DNA of 63,764 nt, filler included, from Chiloscyllium plagiosum (GCF_004010195.1; 5 parts of one record of this genome joined end to end with filler, not necessarily neighbours in it), one strand, 5' to 3'; shown: positions 1-13,383, numbered from the whole stretch's first letter. Notes: generated from the letters alone by a model not told the origin. Numbers and translations are program-made.

Positions 1-525
1 GGGATTTGTGGCTTATGAGGGATATTGAAGTTCCGGTCTGGAAAATGAAGATGGTATACATTGGATTTAAGCTTTCCATATCTACCTTACCTCCCTCACC
101 AGACTGATTGACACAATCAACCTGTGAAGACCCTACAATCCTCCCAGGTCTCTGCAGCATTCCGATCTGTAGAACCCGCTCCAATGCCTGTGACTCTCCC
201 AATCCAGCTCCTATAAGATTCCCTATCTGTGTGACATCCAACCGTCGCCAGCACCCACCCTGTCAATACAAGCTCCTCCAGTCTCTCTATCTATCCGCCC
301 ATCTCTATAAACTTCTCAAGCTCTTACACCCCTATCTGTGTAAACGTCACCGTTCCCTACATCACTTCCCACTTTGACCAACTGTAAGAGATTAGTAATG
401 TTCCCTTATCTGTGAAACTGTCTCCAACCAAAATTGCCCTTGTTCTCTCCAGGAAAATCTGTCTGATTCCACATCCTCCATGTCCAAATAACCTGCAGAA
501 CCTATATAACAAGTGTATCTTTACA

Positions 526-694
526 ACAGTCCAAAGATGTGCAGGTCAGGTGAATTGGCCATGCTAAATTGCCCGTAGTGTTAGGTAAGGGGTAAATGTA
601 GGGGTATGGGTGGGTTTCGCTTCGGCAGGGCGGTGTGGACTTGTTGGGCCGAAGGGCCTGTTTCCACACTGTAAGTAATCTAATCTTAAAAAAA
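526..694 (+). mobile_element. HE1-type SINE, 3' half
   Basis: CAGTCCAAAGATGTGCAGG..GGCCATGCTAAATTGCCC..GGGCCGAAGGGCCTGTTTCCACACTGTAAG(TAATC)2-A7; same body as the full copy at 32885. Confidence 0.85.
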
Positions 695-749
695 GGACTA
701 AAGATTAGCTCGGGAGAGAATAGGGCCCCTGAAAGGTCAATGAGGCTGT

Positions 750-1800
750 CTGTGTGGGAAACACTGCTGATGGGGGAGATCCAAAACAAATATTTTGCAT
801 TTTGATTTACTTTGGAGAAAGACATGGAAGTTCGGGAACTTGGAAAAATACATAGTGATGTATTGAACAGAGTTCACATATGGACAACAGGATGGTTTAA
901 AATGAAAAAAAAGTTGATGAAACCTTGGGACATGATCAGATGTATCCCAGCGCTCTGTGAGAAGCTCGGGAGGAATTTACAGGGCACCTCACAGGGATAT
1001 TTGTATCATCAACAGCCACTATAGACCAGTGAGACTGATGGAAGAGGTGGGTAAGTTGTTGGAGGAGATTCTGAGAGAAAGGATCATCGTTCATTTAAAA
1101 AGGCAAGGATGGATCAGCGATGGTCAGCATGGCCTTGTGCACGGGAAACCATGTCTCACAAACTGGATTGAGTGCTTGTGGAGGTAGAAAAGTGATAGAG
1201 CAAGGCAGAGCAGTGGATAATGTCCACATTAACTTTAGCAAGGCCTTTGACAAGGTTCTGCATGGCAGACTGGTTAATAAGTTTAGATCACACATAACCA
1301 GGGAGCACTCACTAACTGGATACAAAATAGGATTGACAGTAAGAGACAGAGCGTGCTCACAGAGGGTTGCTGCTCAAACTGAAGGCCTGTGACCAACCGT
1401 GTGCCATGGGGTTCGGAGCTGGCTCACTGTTGTGCATCATTTATATGAATAGTTTGGATGTTTAATACAGGAGTCATGGTTAGCAAGTTTGGAAGTGAGA
1501 CTGAAAGTGGTGGTACAGTGGACAGTGAAGAGGATTATCTGAGAGTGGGCCAGTGAGTTTAGGAATAGCAAGTGGAGAAATACACAGTGTTGCACTCTGG
1601 TAAAGCTGACCAGAGCTGGACTTGTACAGTCAGAGACCCAGGGATGCAGGTACAAGGTTCTTTGAAAGTGGTGTCACAGGTAGACAGGCTGGTGAAGCAG
1701 ATGTTTGGGATGCTTACATTCATTGGTCAGAGCATTGAGAGTAGGAGTTGGGATGTCATGTCATGTTATATCTGTACAGGACATTAGTGAGGCCACCATA
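750..1800 (+). mobile_element. Degenerate CR1/HER1 LINE ORF2 fragment
   Basis: RT motifs in broken frames: YRPV.L, QHGLVHGKPCLTN, FSKAFDKV.HGRL; many indels and stops. Confidence 0.85.
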
Positions 1801-1804
1801 AAAA

Positions 1805-2012
1805 GTATTGTTGATTACCTGGAAAAACTTAACTGTTTCACGTCTGTCCTTTAGGGAAGAACATCCGACATTGTTACCTGGTCTGGCTCACGTGTGACTC
1901 CAGACCCGCGGCAATATGGCTGACTCTGAGTTGCCCTCTGGGAAATTAGCTGTGGGGCAAAGAATGCTGACTCAATCAGTAAAACCCTCACCGAATGAAT
2001 GAATACATAGAA
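1805..2012 (+). mobile_element. SINE/LINE 3' tail (family distinct from HE1)
   Basis: CCTTTAGGGAAG..CCTGGTCTGG..GTGACTCCAGACCC..GCCCTCTG..(GAAT)n; paralog at ~10860-11205 and reverse copies at ~12560-12900 and ~27130-27460. Confidence 0.6.
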
Positions 2013-3613
2013 ATACATATTCCCTCCCTACCTCTGCAAACCCCTCCAGCTTTGTAACACCGTTCAGGCCCTTGCCCCTCTCTGTAACACTCTCACCACC
2101 TCCAGCACCTTCACCTCTCCCTGTTCCTATCATCTGATTAAACCCTGACAATGTTTCCCCTTCCTACTGCACTTCTCCTGCTAGTAGACCCATAGTGATC
2201 CCTTTAAAAAATACTTCCATATTTCGAAAGCATTGGCTTCTTCAGAATTGTGAGGTTTTTTTTGTCTTCTGAGCATCTCTTAATCAAATCTGGTAATTCC
2301 TGGGAATTACTGAGCCAAGACTGTCCAAAGTGGGGGAGGAGCATTGGGAAGGCGTCAAGCACTTCGAGACTTGATGTGGGGGGAAAAAAGGGGAATCCAA
2401 GAGAAAACAGCACAAGGAGCTCGCTGTCACACCAACGCCCCTCCCACCCCCTTCCCATGGCCACCTTCTGCCGTGTGTAACAGAGTCTTTGGAAGGATAC
2501 ATCGGTCTGTACAGCCACCTACAGACTCCCCCCGAGAGTGGGAGAGAGTCAGCATCGTCTGTGACCCACCGGCAATGAGATGGTGAGAAAAGGAAGTTGA
2601 ATCCCCTCTCAACTTTCCCAGCGCCTTTGTTACAAATTCCAATAATTCCCTGTCCACTGCCATGTCTCACAATATAATACTGTAAAGGGGCCTTAACACT
2701 GCACTTCCACTTCTGTGTTCTGACTCTTATTACCCAGAATTTGGTCTCCTAATGATCGATGATCTGAGGCCACAAGTTTTCTGGTTCATCCCATTGTTAT
2801 CCTTAACTATGAGAGTTCCCCATCCTCCTTCCCATTCTGCCTGACATTCCACAATGTTGTGTAGCCGTGAATATTAATGCCCCACCTTTTTGTTCACGCT
2901 GTGACCACGTCTCCCTGATGTTGATTAGATCGAAATCACAGTCGCACGAGCATATCCCTTATTGCAAATACCTTGTGCATTCAAAGTAAGAAACAGTGAT
3001 TTACTTTTTAAATTACAATTTCCTGTCACATCCCTATCTGCTGATGTACAATTTTAGTTAAACTCCGTCTTTTCCTGTTGCTTTCTGTTTATCCTCAGCC
3101 ACAGCCCCATGTTTCAGTATTGCAACCTTTGTCTAAGGAATTGGGAATTTCCTTTCAGCTAAGCCCTGTCCCTCCTCATCTGTGTCAGTTTAAAGCACAC
3201 TGCATAATCCTGGTCATATGATTGACCAGGGCATTGGCCCCAGCACTGTACTATCACATTACAATAGCTGACTCCTCCCTGAGTACTGGTAGCAGTGACC
3301 ACGACATCAGAACCACTTCTTCTGACACCATGGTTTCATCCTGAAATCTTCTTGCACTCTGGTGATATCACTCAGTGTCTGTCCATGTGGTATCCCTCAC
3401 TCTGTAGGTCTAATTACTGCCTCGGTCAATGCCTCTTGTTCTTACAGCTGATCTGAGATCCTGGCAAAAATAATCCTCCGATCAGCAACAGCACAGACCA
3501 AGGGACAGAGACTGGTATTTTCGTGGTCTCTGCTGGACTCAGTCCTACTCGACATGAGTTGTCCTCAGTACATCCGTCTAATTTCCCATTCTGTCTGTTT
3601 CTGTCTTATGCAG

Positions 3614-3725
3614 TTAATCAGGATGTTTCTGAATTCCTGTCGCATCCATCGCCCTTTGAAGATGCTTGGTCAGCCAGAGAGAGATGGAGAGGGAGATCTG
3701 GAGCCTTCAGTAAATCCTGCAGCCG
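3614..3725 (+). other. Candidate exon, copy 1
   Basis: Branch-like CTAAT, pyrimidine tract, TGCAG acceptor; CCG|GTAAGA donor; both sites also present in paralog 13268-13383. Confidence 0.4.
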
Positions 3726-4029
3726 GTAAGATTACTTACAGTAAACAGCACAGGGAGGAGTTAGTGGCCTTGTGTATTCAGACCCGGGAGGCAGGATACA
3801 GATGCGCAGTTGGGCAAGGAACAGCAACATTCTAGGCTTCATTCCCACCATCTTGTGAGGGTCCTGCTCTCACCTCTGCTGTACCGGTCCTCCCTGAGAC
3901 AGCACAGGAGGTCCCAAGCATCAGTCCTGGCTCATGCTGTTGTATGAGAGATCTCTGTAATATCCAATCCCGAAATTCCTTCCTCTGTTTGGAATCTCCT
4001 CTAGTCCACACAATACTCTCTGTCTCTGT

Positions 4030-4720
4030 CAGATTCTCCAATCCCTAACACCCTAATCCCTAAACTTCTCCAGCAGATACTAAATTCCTTCATCCCTGTA
4101 CACTCTGACAGTCCGGCCTATCCTTGTAAGCTCGTCCTACCAATGCCACCCACTATGACAATGTGTTTTGTCTCAAACCTCGCCATCCGTCCCTATGTGG
4201 GTAAACTTCTCAAGCTCCTACAGCACTTCCTTATCTGTGAAAACATCGTAACCTTCTTATCGTTCTCCAATTCCTCCATCTTAATCTATTTAAATTTCAC
4301 CCTTTCCCCATCAACCCCGCCGACCACAGGAACCTCTTTCAGTTTGTGCAACCCTCCCCATCTGTGTAACTGTCTCCAACCCAGCAACCCGGCATTCTCC
4401 ATTACCTTCCTATCTCTGTAGCCTCCAGAACCTAGAAGCCTTCTTATATCTGTAAACATCTTCAGTCACTACAACCTTCCACACCTCTATTAATATATAC
4501 AATACCCTTCAAACTCAAACACCCCGACCTGTTCCTCTCAATCTGCCTGCCTCTCCCTGTATCCAGCCCTATCCCTATCTCCAGAATCTAATCCAGCTCC
4601 CTATATCTCTGTAAATTCCTTCCACTGACATTCTTGGCCAGATGTAACTCTGTTTCACTCTAAAATCCTCGGGCCCATGTAAGCCTCCCTATCTCTGTAA
4701 CCTCTACCCATCTGTTCAAA
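4030..4720. repeat. Degenerate C/T-rich minisatellite-like tract (CCCTATCTCTGTAA..CTCCAG motif)
   Basis: Motif variants recur many times here and at ~110-500 and ~2020-2200. Confidence 0.5.
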
Positions 4721-5439
4721 CCCCCCACTACTGAGGAATGACCCCCTGCATTTGCCATAAGGCAGATGGAATGAGAGTGAATGGATAAGATGGAACCGTC
4801 ATTACGGAGATGTAGCTGCAGAATGACCATCACAGAGAAGGGAATATTGAAGATTTGTTGGGATAGATTCATACAGTCATAGAGATGTACAGCATGGAAA
4901 CAGACCCTTCGGTCCAACCCGTCCATGCTGACGAGATATCCTAAACCAATCTAGTCCCAATAGGCAGACTAGGCAAAAAGCCAACACGTTGTGAAGAAAG
5001 GATGAGGTTAATGCATTACTGAGACAGTAATGTGGATCTGAAGTTCAAAAGTTGGAGTCCAGCTGGATGGAACTGAGAATAAACAAAGAGCAGCAACCAT
5101 TAACAGGAATTCTTTTGTAGGCACCAGACAGTGATGGTAATGTCAATATGGTTACAGTCAGGACACTGAATGTACTTGTAGCAAGGGCAGTACAGTAACT
5201 GTGTGTGACAGTGGTCTCCATTCCGACTGGATAACTAATGAGTATCAGGGCTGTAATGGATAGAATCCTGGATTGTATACGAGATAGTTTTCCATAACAT
5301 CATATCAAGGAGTCATCAACAAAATTGTCTATTGTAGATCAAACGCTGTGTCGTAATAAATATCTAATAATCCCATTATAAAGGAGTTTTGTGAGTAGAG
5401 ACCCATAATATTATGCAGGACATATTGAGTTTGAGTTAA

Positions 5440-5720
5440 GACCATGAGATGTAAGAGTAGAATGAGGCCATTTGGCCCATTGAGTATGCTTTGCACTGCA
5501 ATCAGATCACAGCTGATCTGATACTCTTCAACTCTACTTTCCTGCCTTTTTGCACAAAACCCTTGTTTCCCTGATTCATTAAAATCTGTCCATCTCTTCT
5601 GTAAATATTCTTAATGACGCAGCCTCGACAGCCCCCTGCAGTCTGGAATTCCCACAGAGTCACTACTCTCTGAGTGAAGACATTCCTCCTCATCTCCATC
5701 TTAAATGGGTGAGCCCTTTC
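5440..5720 (-). mobile_element. CR1 LINE 3' end
   Basis: Minus ORF FKMEMRRNVFTQRVV.LW, the typical CR1 ORF2 C-terminus, followed by 3' tail. Confidence 0.8.
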
Positions 5721-5789
5721 TGGGATTTTCTGCCCTCTGGTTACACATTCACACACAACTGAAACGAAAGGAAGTGACAGAGATAATTA

Positions 5790-6675
5790 TCGCAGATGAC
5801 ATGAAAATTGGTGGAGTTGGGGTTAATGGGCAAGGAGATCCAAGGGTGCAGGAGGTTACAGATCAGTTGGAAAGATGTGCAGAGAAATGGCAAATTGAGT
5901 TTAATCTGGACAAGTGTGAGATGATGTCAAAGTCAAGAAGAAAGTTAGGATACTGAGGTACATTAATATACAGAAGGATTTTGGTGCAAGTCAGTAACTC
6001 TCTGAAAATGGCAACAGAAGTGTTTCAGATGGGAAAGAAAGCAAATGGAACATTGGCCTTCAACGGTAACAACGTTGGGTATAGTAGTTTGCATCTGATG
6101 TTGTAGGTGTATGACACGTTTATTTGGCCACATTGAAGTACCGTGTGCAGTTCTCATTTCCACACAATAGGAAGGATGTGAAGGCTTTGGCGAGGGTGCA
6201 AAAGGGGTTTATCAGCATGTTGCCTGTGTTAGATTTTTTGAGTGTTGTTAGGTGTCAGAGGAAATTAAACAAAGTTGGATTGTTTTGCGAGATTATCAGA
6301 GGGTGACAGGTGACCATTTACAAGAATATAACATTAGGAGAGGGACAGATAATGTGGATAGTCAGAATCTCTTTTCCAATGTGTCAGTATTAAATATGAG
6401 AGCCCATAGGTTTAAGGTGAGAAAGGGAAGGTTTAAACGCGATGTGTGAGACAAGTTTATTTTTTACAGAGAGAGTGGAAGTTACCGAGGGAGGACGTGG
6501 AAGCAAAAATGTGAGCAAAGTTTTGAAGTGGCATTTAGACAGACACATGAGCAGGCAGAGAATAGAGGGACATGGACCATGTGCAGGCAAATGAGATGAG
6601 TTAGAATAGCATCATGGACAGCACAGACATGGTGGGCTGAAGGGCTGTTGCTGTGCTGTACTGTTCTATTGTTTA
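5790..6675 (+). mobile_element. Degenerate CR1 LINE 3' portion
   Basis: ADD.KIGG, AEKWQIEFNLDKCE, L.RVQK.F..MLP, HRFKV; tail GGGCTGAAGGGC..TGTACTGTTCTAT. Confidence 0.85.
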
Positions 6676-6679
6676 AGTT

Positions 6680-7070
6680 CCCAGCATGTGCCCATCAGAG
6701 CCCGTCCGAATCTTGGATGATTCATTCCATTTCTCTCTTATTATCTAAACTTCAATGGGTTCAACCTCAACCTACTCCACCTCTTCTCACTAGAAAATTC
6801 CTCCATTCGCAGGATCAGCCGAGTGAACCTTCTCTGCCCTACCTCCAATGCGACAATACCTTTCCTTCAGGCACTCACCTGTTCATAATATTCTAGGTGT
6901 GGTCTGACTGGTACCTTGTGTAGTTGTAGAAAGACCTCCCTACTTTTAGACTCTATTCCCTTTGTAAAAATGCCAGCATTGGATTGGCCTTCTCTATTAC
7001 CTGCTGACCCTGTGAGCTACCTTTTACAGATTGATAAACAAGATCTCCGTCAGCCCTTTCTGCTGTCAGC
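6680..7070 (-). mobile_element. CR1 LINE fragment
   Basis: Minus strand QVIEKANPMLAF and LQLYKV.VRPHLEY-like region. Confidence 0.7.
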
Positions 7071-7933
7071 CTGAAACCAAACAGTGTTAGCCTGACAGTA
7101 CGTCGGGAGCATACTGACATTGTGAGACAGGATATGTCAATATACAATAACTGGCCACTTAGAAGCACATTTTATAAAGAGAATTTGTTTTTGAGCCTAT
7201 TGGATTTAATTTGTTGGTGTGAATATAAATGGCAGAATAGAAAAGGATTTTGGAGGGGTGTAGTGGAAGATGGGATATGGTGCATTTGAGTTTTCAGAAG
7301 CCTTTACGCAAGTTTCAATAAGGCGAAAGAGTAATTCCTTGGAGAATAGGGCCTCTTAAATATCAATAAGGTCACCTATGTGTGGAACCAGTGGAGAAGG
7401 GTGACTTATTGGACAAAAACAGTCTTGTCAGTATTTACTGTGGCGAAAGACATAGAAGCTCGGGAGCTTGGGGAAATAAATAGTGATGTCTTTGACAGAA
7501 TCCTCAACAGGGAAGAGAAAGTGCTGGAATCTTAAAACAAATAAAGGTAGATCAATCTCAGTAGCTCATTAGGTCTATGATAGAATAATTTGGGAAGCTA
7601 GGGAAGAGATTGCAGTGTCCTGAACAGAGATATTTATATTATCAACAAACACAGTGAGGCACTGGAAGACTGGAGGGGAGGGGGGGGGGTGGTGGTGGGG
7701 GTGGTGGGGGTGGATAATGCTGTTCCATCACTTAAGGCCTGCATGGAAAATCCAGGAAATTACAGCCCAGTGATGGGGAAGTTGTTGGAGGAGATTCTGA
7801 GAGAAAGGAGCTACGTACATTTGGAAAGGCAAGGGCTGATTAGAGATAGTGTTTAGATTAGTGTTTCACAAATCGGATTGATTCTTCGAGGAGGTGGTCA
7901 ACATGGACTTCAGCAAAGCATTTGACTAGGTTC

Positions 7934-10154
7934 AAAGAGATGTAGAGCATCTAGTCAAGAGGAAAAACGAAGATTACTTAAGGTTGAGGAAACAAGGGTC
8001 AGATAGCTTTCTAAAGGGTAACATGAGCAGCACGATGGCTCAGTGGTTAGAAACCTCATAACATCACGGACTCCATTTCGATTCCAGCCTCAAGCAACTG
8101 TCTGTGTGGAGTTTGCACATTCTCCCCGTGTCAGCGTGCTCCGGCTTCCTCCCACAGCCCAAGGATGTGTCTGTTCAGTGACTCAGCCATGCTAAATAAC
8201 CCATAATGTTCACAAATGTGTAAGTTTGACGCATTAGTCAGGGCAAATGGGAAGTAATAGGGTGGTGGAATGAGTCTTGGTGGGGTACTGCTTGAATGGT
8301 TGATATGGAGGTGTTGGGCCAAATGGCCTGTTTCCACACTGTAGGGATATTCTGAAGGTAGCCCAGGAAGGAACTGAGGAATGGGCTTAGGACAACTAGA
8401 AGGGGGCATGAAAAAGCATTGTTGGGAAGGATTAAGGAAAACCGTAAGGCATTCTCCACTTATGTGAGGAACAAGAGGATGGTCAGAGTGAGGGTAGGGC
8501 CGATTAGCGATATTAGAGGGAACTTGTGCCTGAAGTTGGAGGAGGTAGAGGAGGTCCTTAATAGATACTATGCTTCAGTATTCACTGCAGAGAGGGACCT
8601 TGTCATTTGTGAGGACTGCGTGAAAAGGACTGATGTATGTCAACAGTGGATGTTAAGAAGGAGGATGTATTCAGTATTTTGTAAAAGGTGAGGATAGATA
8701 AGTCTGCTGGATATGCCCAAAGTTACTACAGGAAGCGAGGGAAGAGATTGCTGCGCACTTGGCGATGACCTTTGCACCCTCACTGTTCACTGGGGCCGTA
8801 CCAGATGATTGGTGGTTGGCAAATGTTATTCCCTTGTTCAGGAAATGGAATAGAGATAATCCTGGGAATTACAGACCTGTCAGTCTTATGTCTGTTGTCT
8901 GCAGATTATTGGAGAGGACTCCGAAACCGAATTTATGATTCCTTGGAAAACCATAGTTTGATTAGAGACAGGCAGCATGGCTTTGTCAGGGGCAGGTCAT
9001 GCCTCACAAATCTTATTGAATCTTTTGAGAATGTGACAAAACACCTTTATGGCTCATTCAGAAAGTACAGAGGCATAGGATACAGGGAAACCTGTCTATC
9101 TGGATGTGGAATTACCGGCCTTCAGAAGACAGAGGGTGATGACATATGGAAAGCATTCATCGTGGAGCTCAGTGACCAGTGGTTTTCTGCAGGGAGATGT
9201 TACAGGACCTCTGCTCTTTGTGAGTTTATGAATGACTTTGATGTGTGAGTGGAAGAGTGGGTTAGTAAGTTTCCCAATGACACGTAGGTTGGTGGAGTGG
9301 TGGATGGTGTGGAGGGCTGTTGTAGGTTGCAACGGGACATTGACAGGATGTAGAGCTGGGCTGAGAAGTGGCAGATGGAGGTCAATTTGGAAAAGTGTGG
9401 AGTCATTCATTTTGGTAGATTGAATTGGAATGCAGAATGCAGGGTTAAAGGCAGGATCTTTGGCAGTGTGGAGGAACAGAAGGATCTTGAGTTCCAAGTC
9501 CATAGATGCCTCAAAGTTGCCACCCAAGCTGATAGGCTTGTTAAGAAGGAATATATTGTGTTGGATTTCATTAGTTTGGGGATTGAGTTTTAAAGCTGTG
9601 AGGTTATACTGTAGCTCTATGGAGCCCTGGATCGACCCCATTTGGAATATTGTGTTTGATTCTGGTCCCCTCATTACAGAAAGGATGTGGAAGCTTTAGA
9701 GAGTGTAAAGAGGAGATTTACCAAGATGCTTCCTGGACTGGAGAGCATGTCTTATGAAGAAAGGTTGAGGGAGCTAAGGCTTTTCTCATTGGAGTGAAGA
9801 CGGGTGAGGGGCGACCTGGTCGAGGTGAACAAGATGATGAGAGTTAGAGAGAGAGTGAATAGTGAGAGACGTTTTCCCCCATGACATAAATAGCTATTAC
9901 AAGGGTGCATAATTTTCGGGTGATTATCGGATGGTTAAGGGGAGATTTCAGAGGTAGGTCCGTTACGTAAAGAGTGTGGCTGAGTGGAATGCACTGCCAG
10001 CGGTGGCAATAAAATTAGATGCATTCGGGACATTTAATATACTTCTGGATAGGCACATAAATGATAATAAAATGAAGGGTATGTTGGTTAGTTTGATCTT
10101 ACAGACGGCTAAAAGGCCAAAGGATCTTGTGCTATACTGTTCTGTGTTCTACGT
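7934..10154 (+). mobile_element. Younger CR1/HER1 LINE, 5'-truncated ORF2 with 3' tail, pseudogenised
   Basis: RIKENRKAF.TYVRNKR, QHGFVRGRSCLTNLIE, EKCGVIHFGR; tail (TGTTCT)n at ~10138-10157. Confidence 0.85.
8025..8350 (+). mobile_element. HE1-type SINE nested in CR1
   Basis: tRNA-derived head TGGCTCAGTGGTTAG..TTCGATTCC, body GTCTGTGTGGAGTTTGCACATTCTCCCCG, tail GGCCTGTTTCCACACTGTAGGGA. Confidence 0.85.
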
Positions 10155-10666
10155 TCTGTATGGTAAACTGGGTAATAATCTCAGATCAATGTAAAAGGAT
10201 ATGGCATTCAGGAGGAGCGAGTCACCTGGATACAAAATTGGGCTTGATGGTAGGAGGCAGAGGGTGTTGGGAGACATATTATTTTCCTGAATGGACGCAT
10301 GTGACCAGCGGTGGAGTGTGCCCACTGTTGTTTGTCGTTTGGATGGGAGTATTGGTTTCCTTGTAAGTAAGTTTTTTTGGGTGACACTGAGATTGGTAGT
10401 AAAGTGGACAGTGAAGAAGGTTATCTGCGATACAACAGGAAGAATAGTGAGCTGAAGAATAGCATGGAGATTAATTAGATAAATGCAATGTCTTCCATAT
10501 TGGTGAACAAACCAGGGCGGGACCTGTACAGTTAATGTTCAGATAGTGTTGTCAGTCAGAGACCCATTGATGCAAGTACACAGTTCTTTAAATGTGGCGA
10601 CTCTGGTAGACAGGTTGGTGAAGCAGGTGTTTGGGATGGTTACCTTCATTGGTCAGAGCATCGAGA

Positions 10667-10922
10667 GTAGGAGTTGGGATGCCATGTTGTATCTGTACAA
10701 GACATTGGTGGGACCACCATTAAAGCATTGTTGATCAGTTGGAAGAACTCATCAGGTTCACTTACCTCCTTTAGGGAAGGAGAAAGTGAGGTCTGTAGGA
10801 GTTGGGATGCCATGTTGTATCTGTACAAGACATTGGTGGGGCCACCATTAAAGCATTGTTGATCAGTTGGAAGAACCCATCAGGTTCACTTACCTCCTTT
10901 AGGGAAGGAGAAAGTGAGGTCT
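10667..10922 (+). repeat. Near-perfect 128-bp tandem duplication
   Basis: 10667-10794 and 10795-10922 differ at two positions that I could see (GGAC/GGGC, AACT/AACC). Confidence 0.9.
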
Positions 10923-11035
10923 GCAGATGCTGGAGATCAGAGCTGAAAATGTGTTGCTGGAAAAGCGCAGCAGGTCAGGCGAACAGGAGAATCGACGTTT
11001 CGGGCATAAGCCCTTCCTCAGCAACACATTTTCAG
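10910..11035 (-). mobile_element. Short Penelope pLTR-derived insertion with minimal hammerhead core
   Basis: Flanked by 16-bp CTCCTTTAGGGAAGGA repeats (10894-10909, 11036-11051); minus strand CTGAGGA-A-GGGC-TTAT-GCCC-GAAAC at 11021-10997. Confidence 0.8.
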
Positions 11036-12559
11036 CTCCTTTAGGGAAGGACATCTGACGTTCTAACCTGGTCTGGCCTACATGTGACTCCAGATCCACA
11101 GCAGTATGGCTGACTCTGAGCTGCCCTCTGGATAATTAGCATTTGGGCAAAGAAAGCTGGTCCAATCAGTGACACCCTCATCCCATGAATGAATGAATAA
11201 AAATGCTTATGTCCCTCCCTACCTCTGCAAACCTCTCACAGCTGCAGCAATCCGTATTGGCTTTGTAACACCGTTCAGACCCGGACCACTCTCTGTAACA
11301 CTCTCACCACCTCCAGCACCTTCACCTCTCCCTGTTCCTACCATGTCAACGATTCCCCTTCCCACTGCCCTCCTCCTGCTAGCAGACCCTTTGCAATCTC
11401 TTTAAAACTTAATCCTAAAATACACTCTCACTTCAGGTTTTTAAATACTTTTTGGTAACTTTCTCAGCCTAATATGATCCATTTTGTCCTGAATTAGGGA
11501 TGGGTTGGAATTTCTTGCTGAGGTTTTATCTGTTTAAATGGAATGTCGTTTTGTTGAGTGTTTTAAACTGTTCCTTCAAATGTTTTCCACTGTTCATTTA
11601 CAGGCACATATTTCAGTCTGTTTCCCCCGTTTATCTTGGTCAGTTCTCCTCTCAAACTCATGTAATTGTCTATTTTTATTTCTAGTTGCAGCTTGTCCTT
11701 TCTGTGATTCACTTTAAAACTTTATATTCCTTTAAATTACACTTTACCAAAATTTCCTGGAGGATCTCTTCAGGTGACATTACTAATTCACTACGTTTCA
11801 TCACACAATCTGACATAGTTACATCCCTTGCCAGTTGCACAATGCGTTACTCCAAAAAACATTGAAAATAAACTGCAAACTCCTCTTCCACTATCACTGT
11901 TATCAGTGTGACTGTCCCAGATTATACCAATATCAAAGTTTCCCAAAATTATCACAATGCCTTTATTAAAACATTCCAATGAGTTCCTGTTTAATGCAGT
12001 GATGAGCAATGAAATGCTGTTCATTGGCCTAAAACTGTTCTGCTGCTTGTGTCCTTAGCAAGTAGTAGCCAGAATTTACATTCAGACTGACTCTACATCA
12101 TGATCTTCAGCCAAGTGATTTCTCTGTAATGCCTTTGTTACCCATTATTGTTAGCGTTACCCATTTTGCCTGAGTTTCCACATTTATGTTCCACCTTTTG
12201 TTCGCACTGTAACCACGTTTCTCTTGTGTCTAAATCTCTTGTATCTCTGTGTCACAAATCCATCTACTTTATTGAAAAGTCTTTGCCCATTCTAAACAAC
12301 TCATAATTTACTCTTTCCCACAATTTCCTGTCACAAATTGATTCGCTAATGCATATTCCTAGTTAAACTCTGTCCCTTTCTATTCCTTTCTGCTTGTCTT
12401 CAGCCACATTCCCATCTGTTCAGATGCTCCACCTTTTCTCTTTGGATTTGGAAAGCTCCTTTCACCTGAACCCTGTCCCTGCATCCTCTCTGTCAATTTG
12501 AAGCCCTGTCCATAAACCTTCCAGGACACTGCTCCTAATGGATTATTTATTAAATCAGG

Positions 12560-12900
12560 TATGGGATGTGGGTGACTCTCGCTGACCAGCTTTTCTTGCC
12601 CAGCCCTAGCTGCCCTTGATCTGAGTAACTTGCTCGCCCATTTCAGAGGGTACTTGAGAGGCAAACACTTCGCTGTGGGATAGTCGTGCAGACCACGTAA
12701 GGATGGGCAGATGTCTTTCTCTCAAGGACAAGTGTTTGGGTCTTTTGTCCATCAGCAATGGTTTCATATTTATTTGTAGATTGTTCATTAGTATGGTTAA
12801 AATTATTGTTTACAAACTCCCCATTACTGGTGGGGGTCAAACCCTTGTCCCTGAACATTAGCTGAGGTTTTGGATACATGCTCCACCAATAATACCTCAG
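12560..12900 (-). mobile_element. SINE, same family as 1805-2012
   Basis: Reverse-complement similarity: GCCCAGCCCTAGCTGCCC, CAGAGGG, AAGGATGGGCAGAT. Confidence 0.55.
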
Positions 12901-13267
12901 GGTCATCACTTTGCTTACTCATTCCTGACCAGTTATTACCAGGGATCATGAAGCTAACCCCATTCTTCCTATACAATTGTTTGATCCTGAAATCTTCCTG
13001 CACTCTGATGTATCACTCACTATCTCTGTATGTAGTATCCCTCACTGTGATGGTCTAATTGCTGCCTCTATCAGCGTGTCTCACTCTTGCAGCTACTCCA
13101 GATCTTGAGCCAACAGAATTCTCCACTGCAGCTGGACGCGACAGCACAGGCTAGGGATGGAGACTGGTATTTTCGAGATCTCTGTGGGACTCAGTGCGAT
13201 TCTCCGTGTGGAACCTTCACTGCATCAGTCTAATTTCCCATTCTGTATATTTCTGTGTTTCCTGCAG

Positions 13268-13383
13268 GTTCTGAGAAAGGTCCTGACTCAATATTCTTAT
13301 TCATCACCTCACTGAAGATGGTTGGTCAGCAAGAGAGACAAAGGATAGGGAGATGTGGAGCCTCCAATAAATCCTGCAGTGAG
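13268..13383 (+). other. Candidate exon, copy 2
   Basis: CTAAT..TTTCTGTGTTTCCTGCAG|G acceptor and GAG|GTAAGA donor, both close to consensus. Confidence 0.4.

Larger units (their letters stand above)
7400..10730 (+). mobile_element. Old CR1 copy (paralog of 750-1800) split by nested insertions
   Basis: ..GCATTTGACTAGGTTC at ~7918-7933 resumes as GTTCTGTATGGTAAACTGGGTAATAA at ~10153, matching contiguous 1242-1290. Confidence 0.7.
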
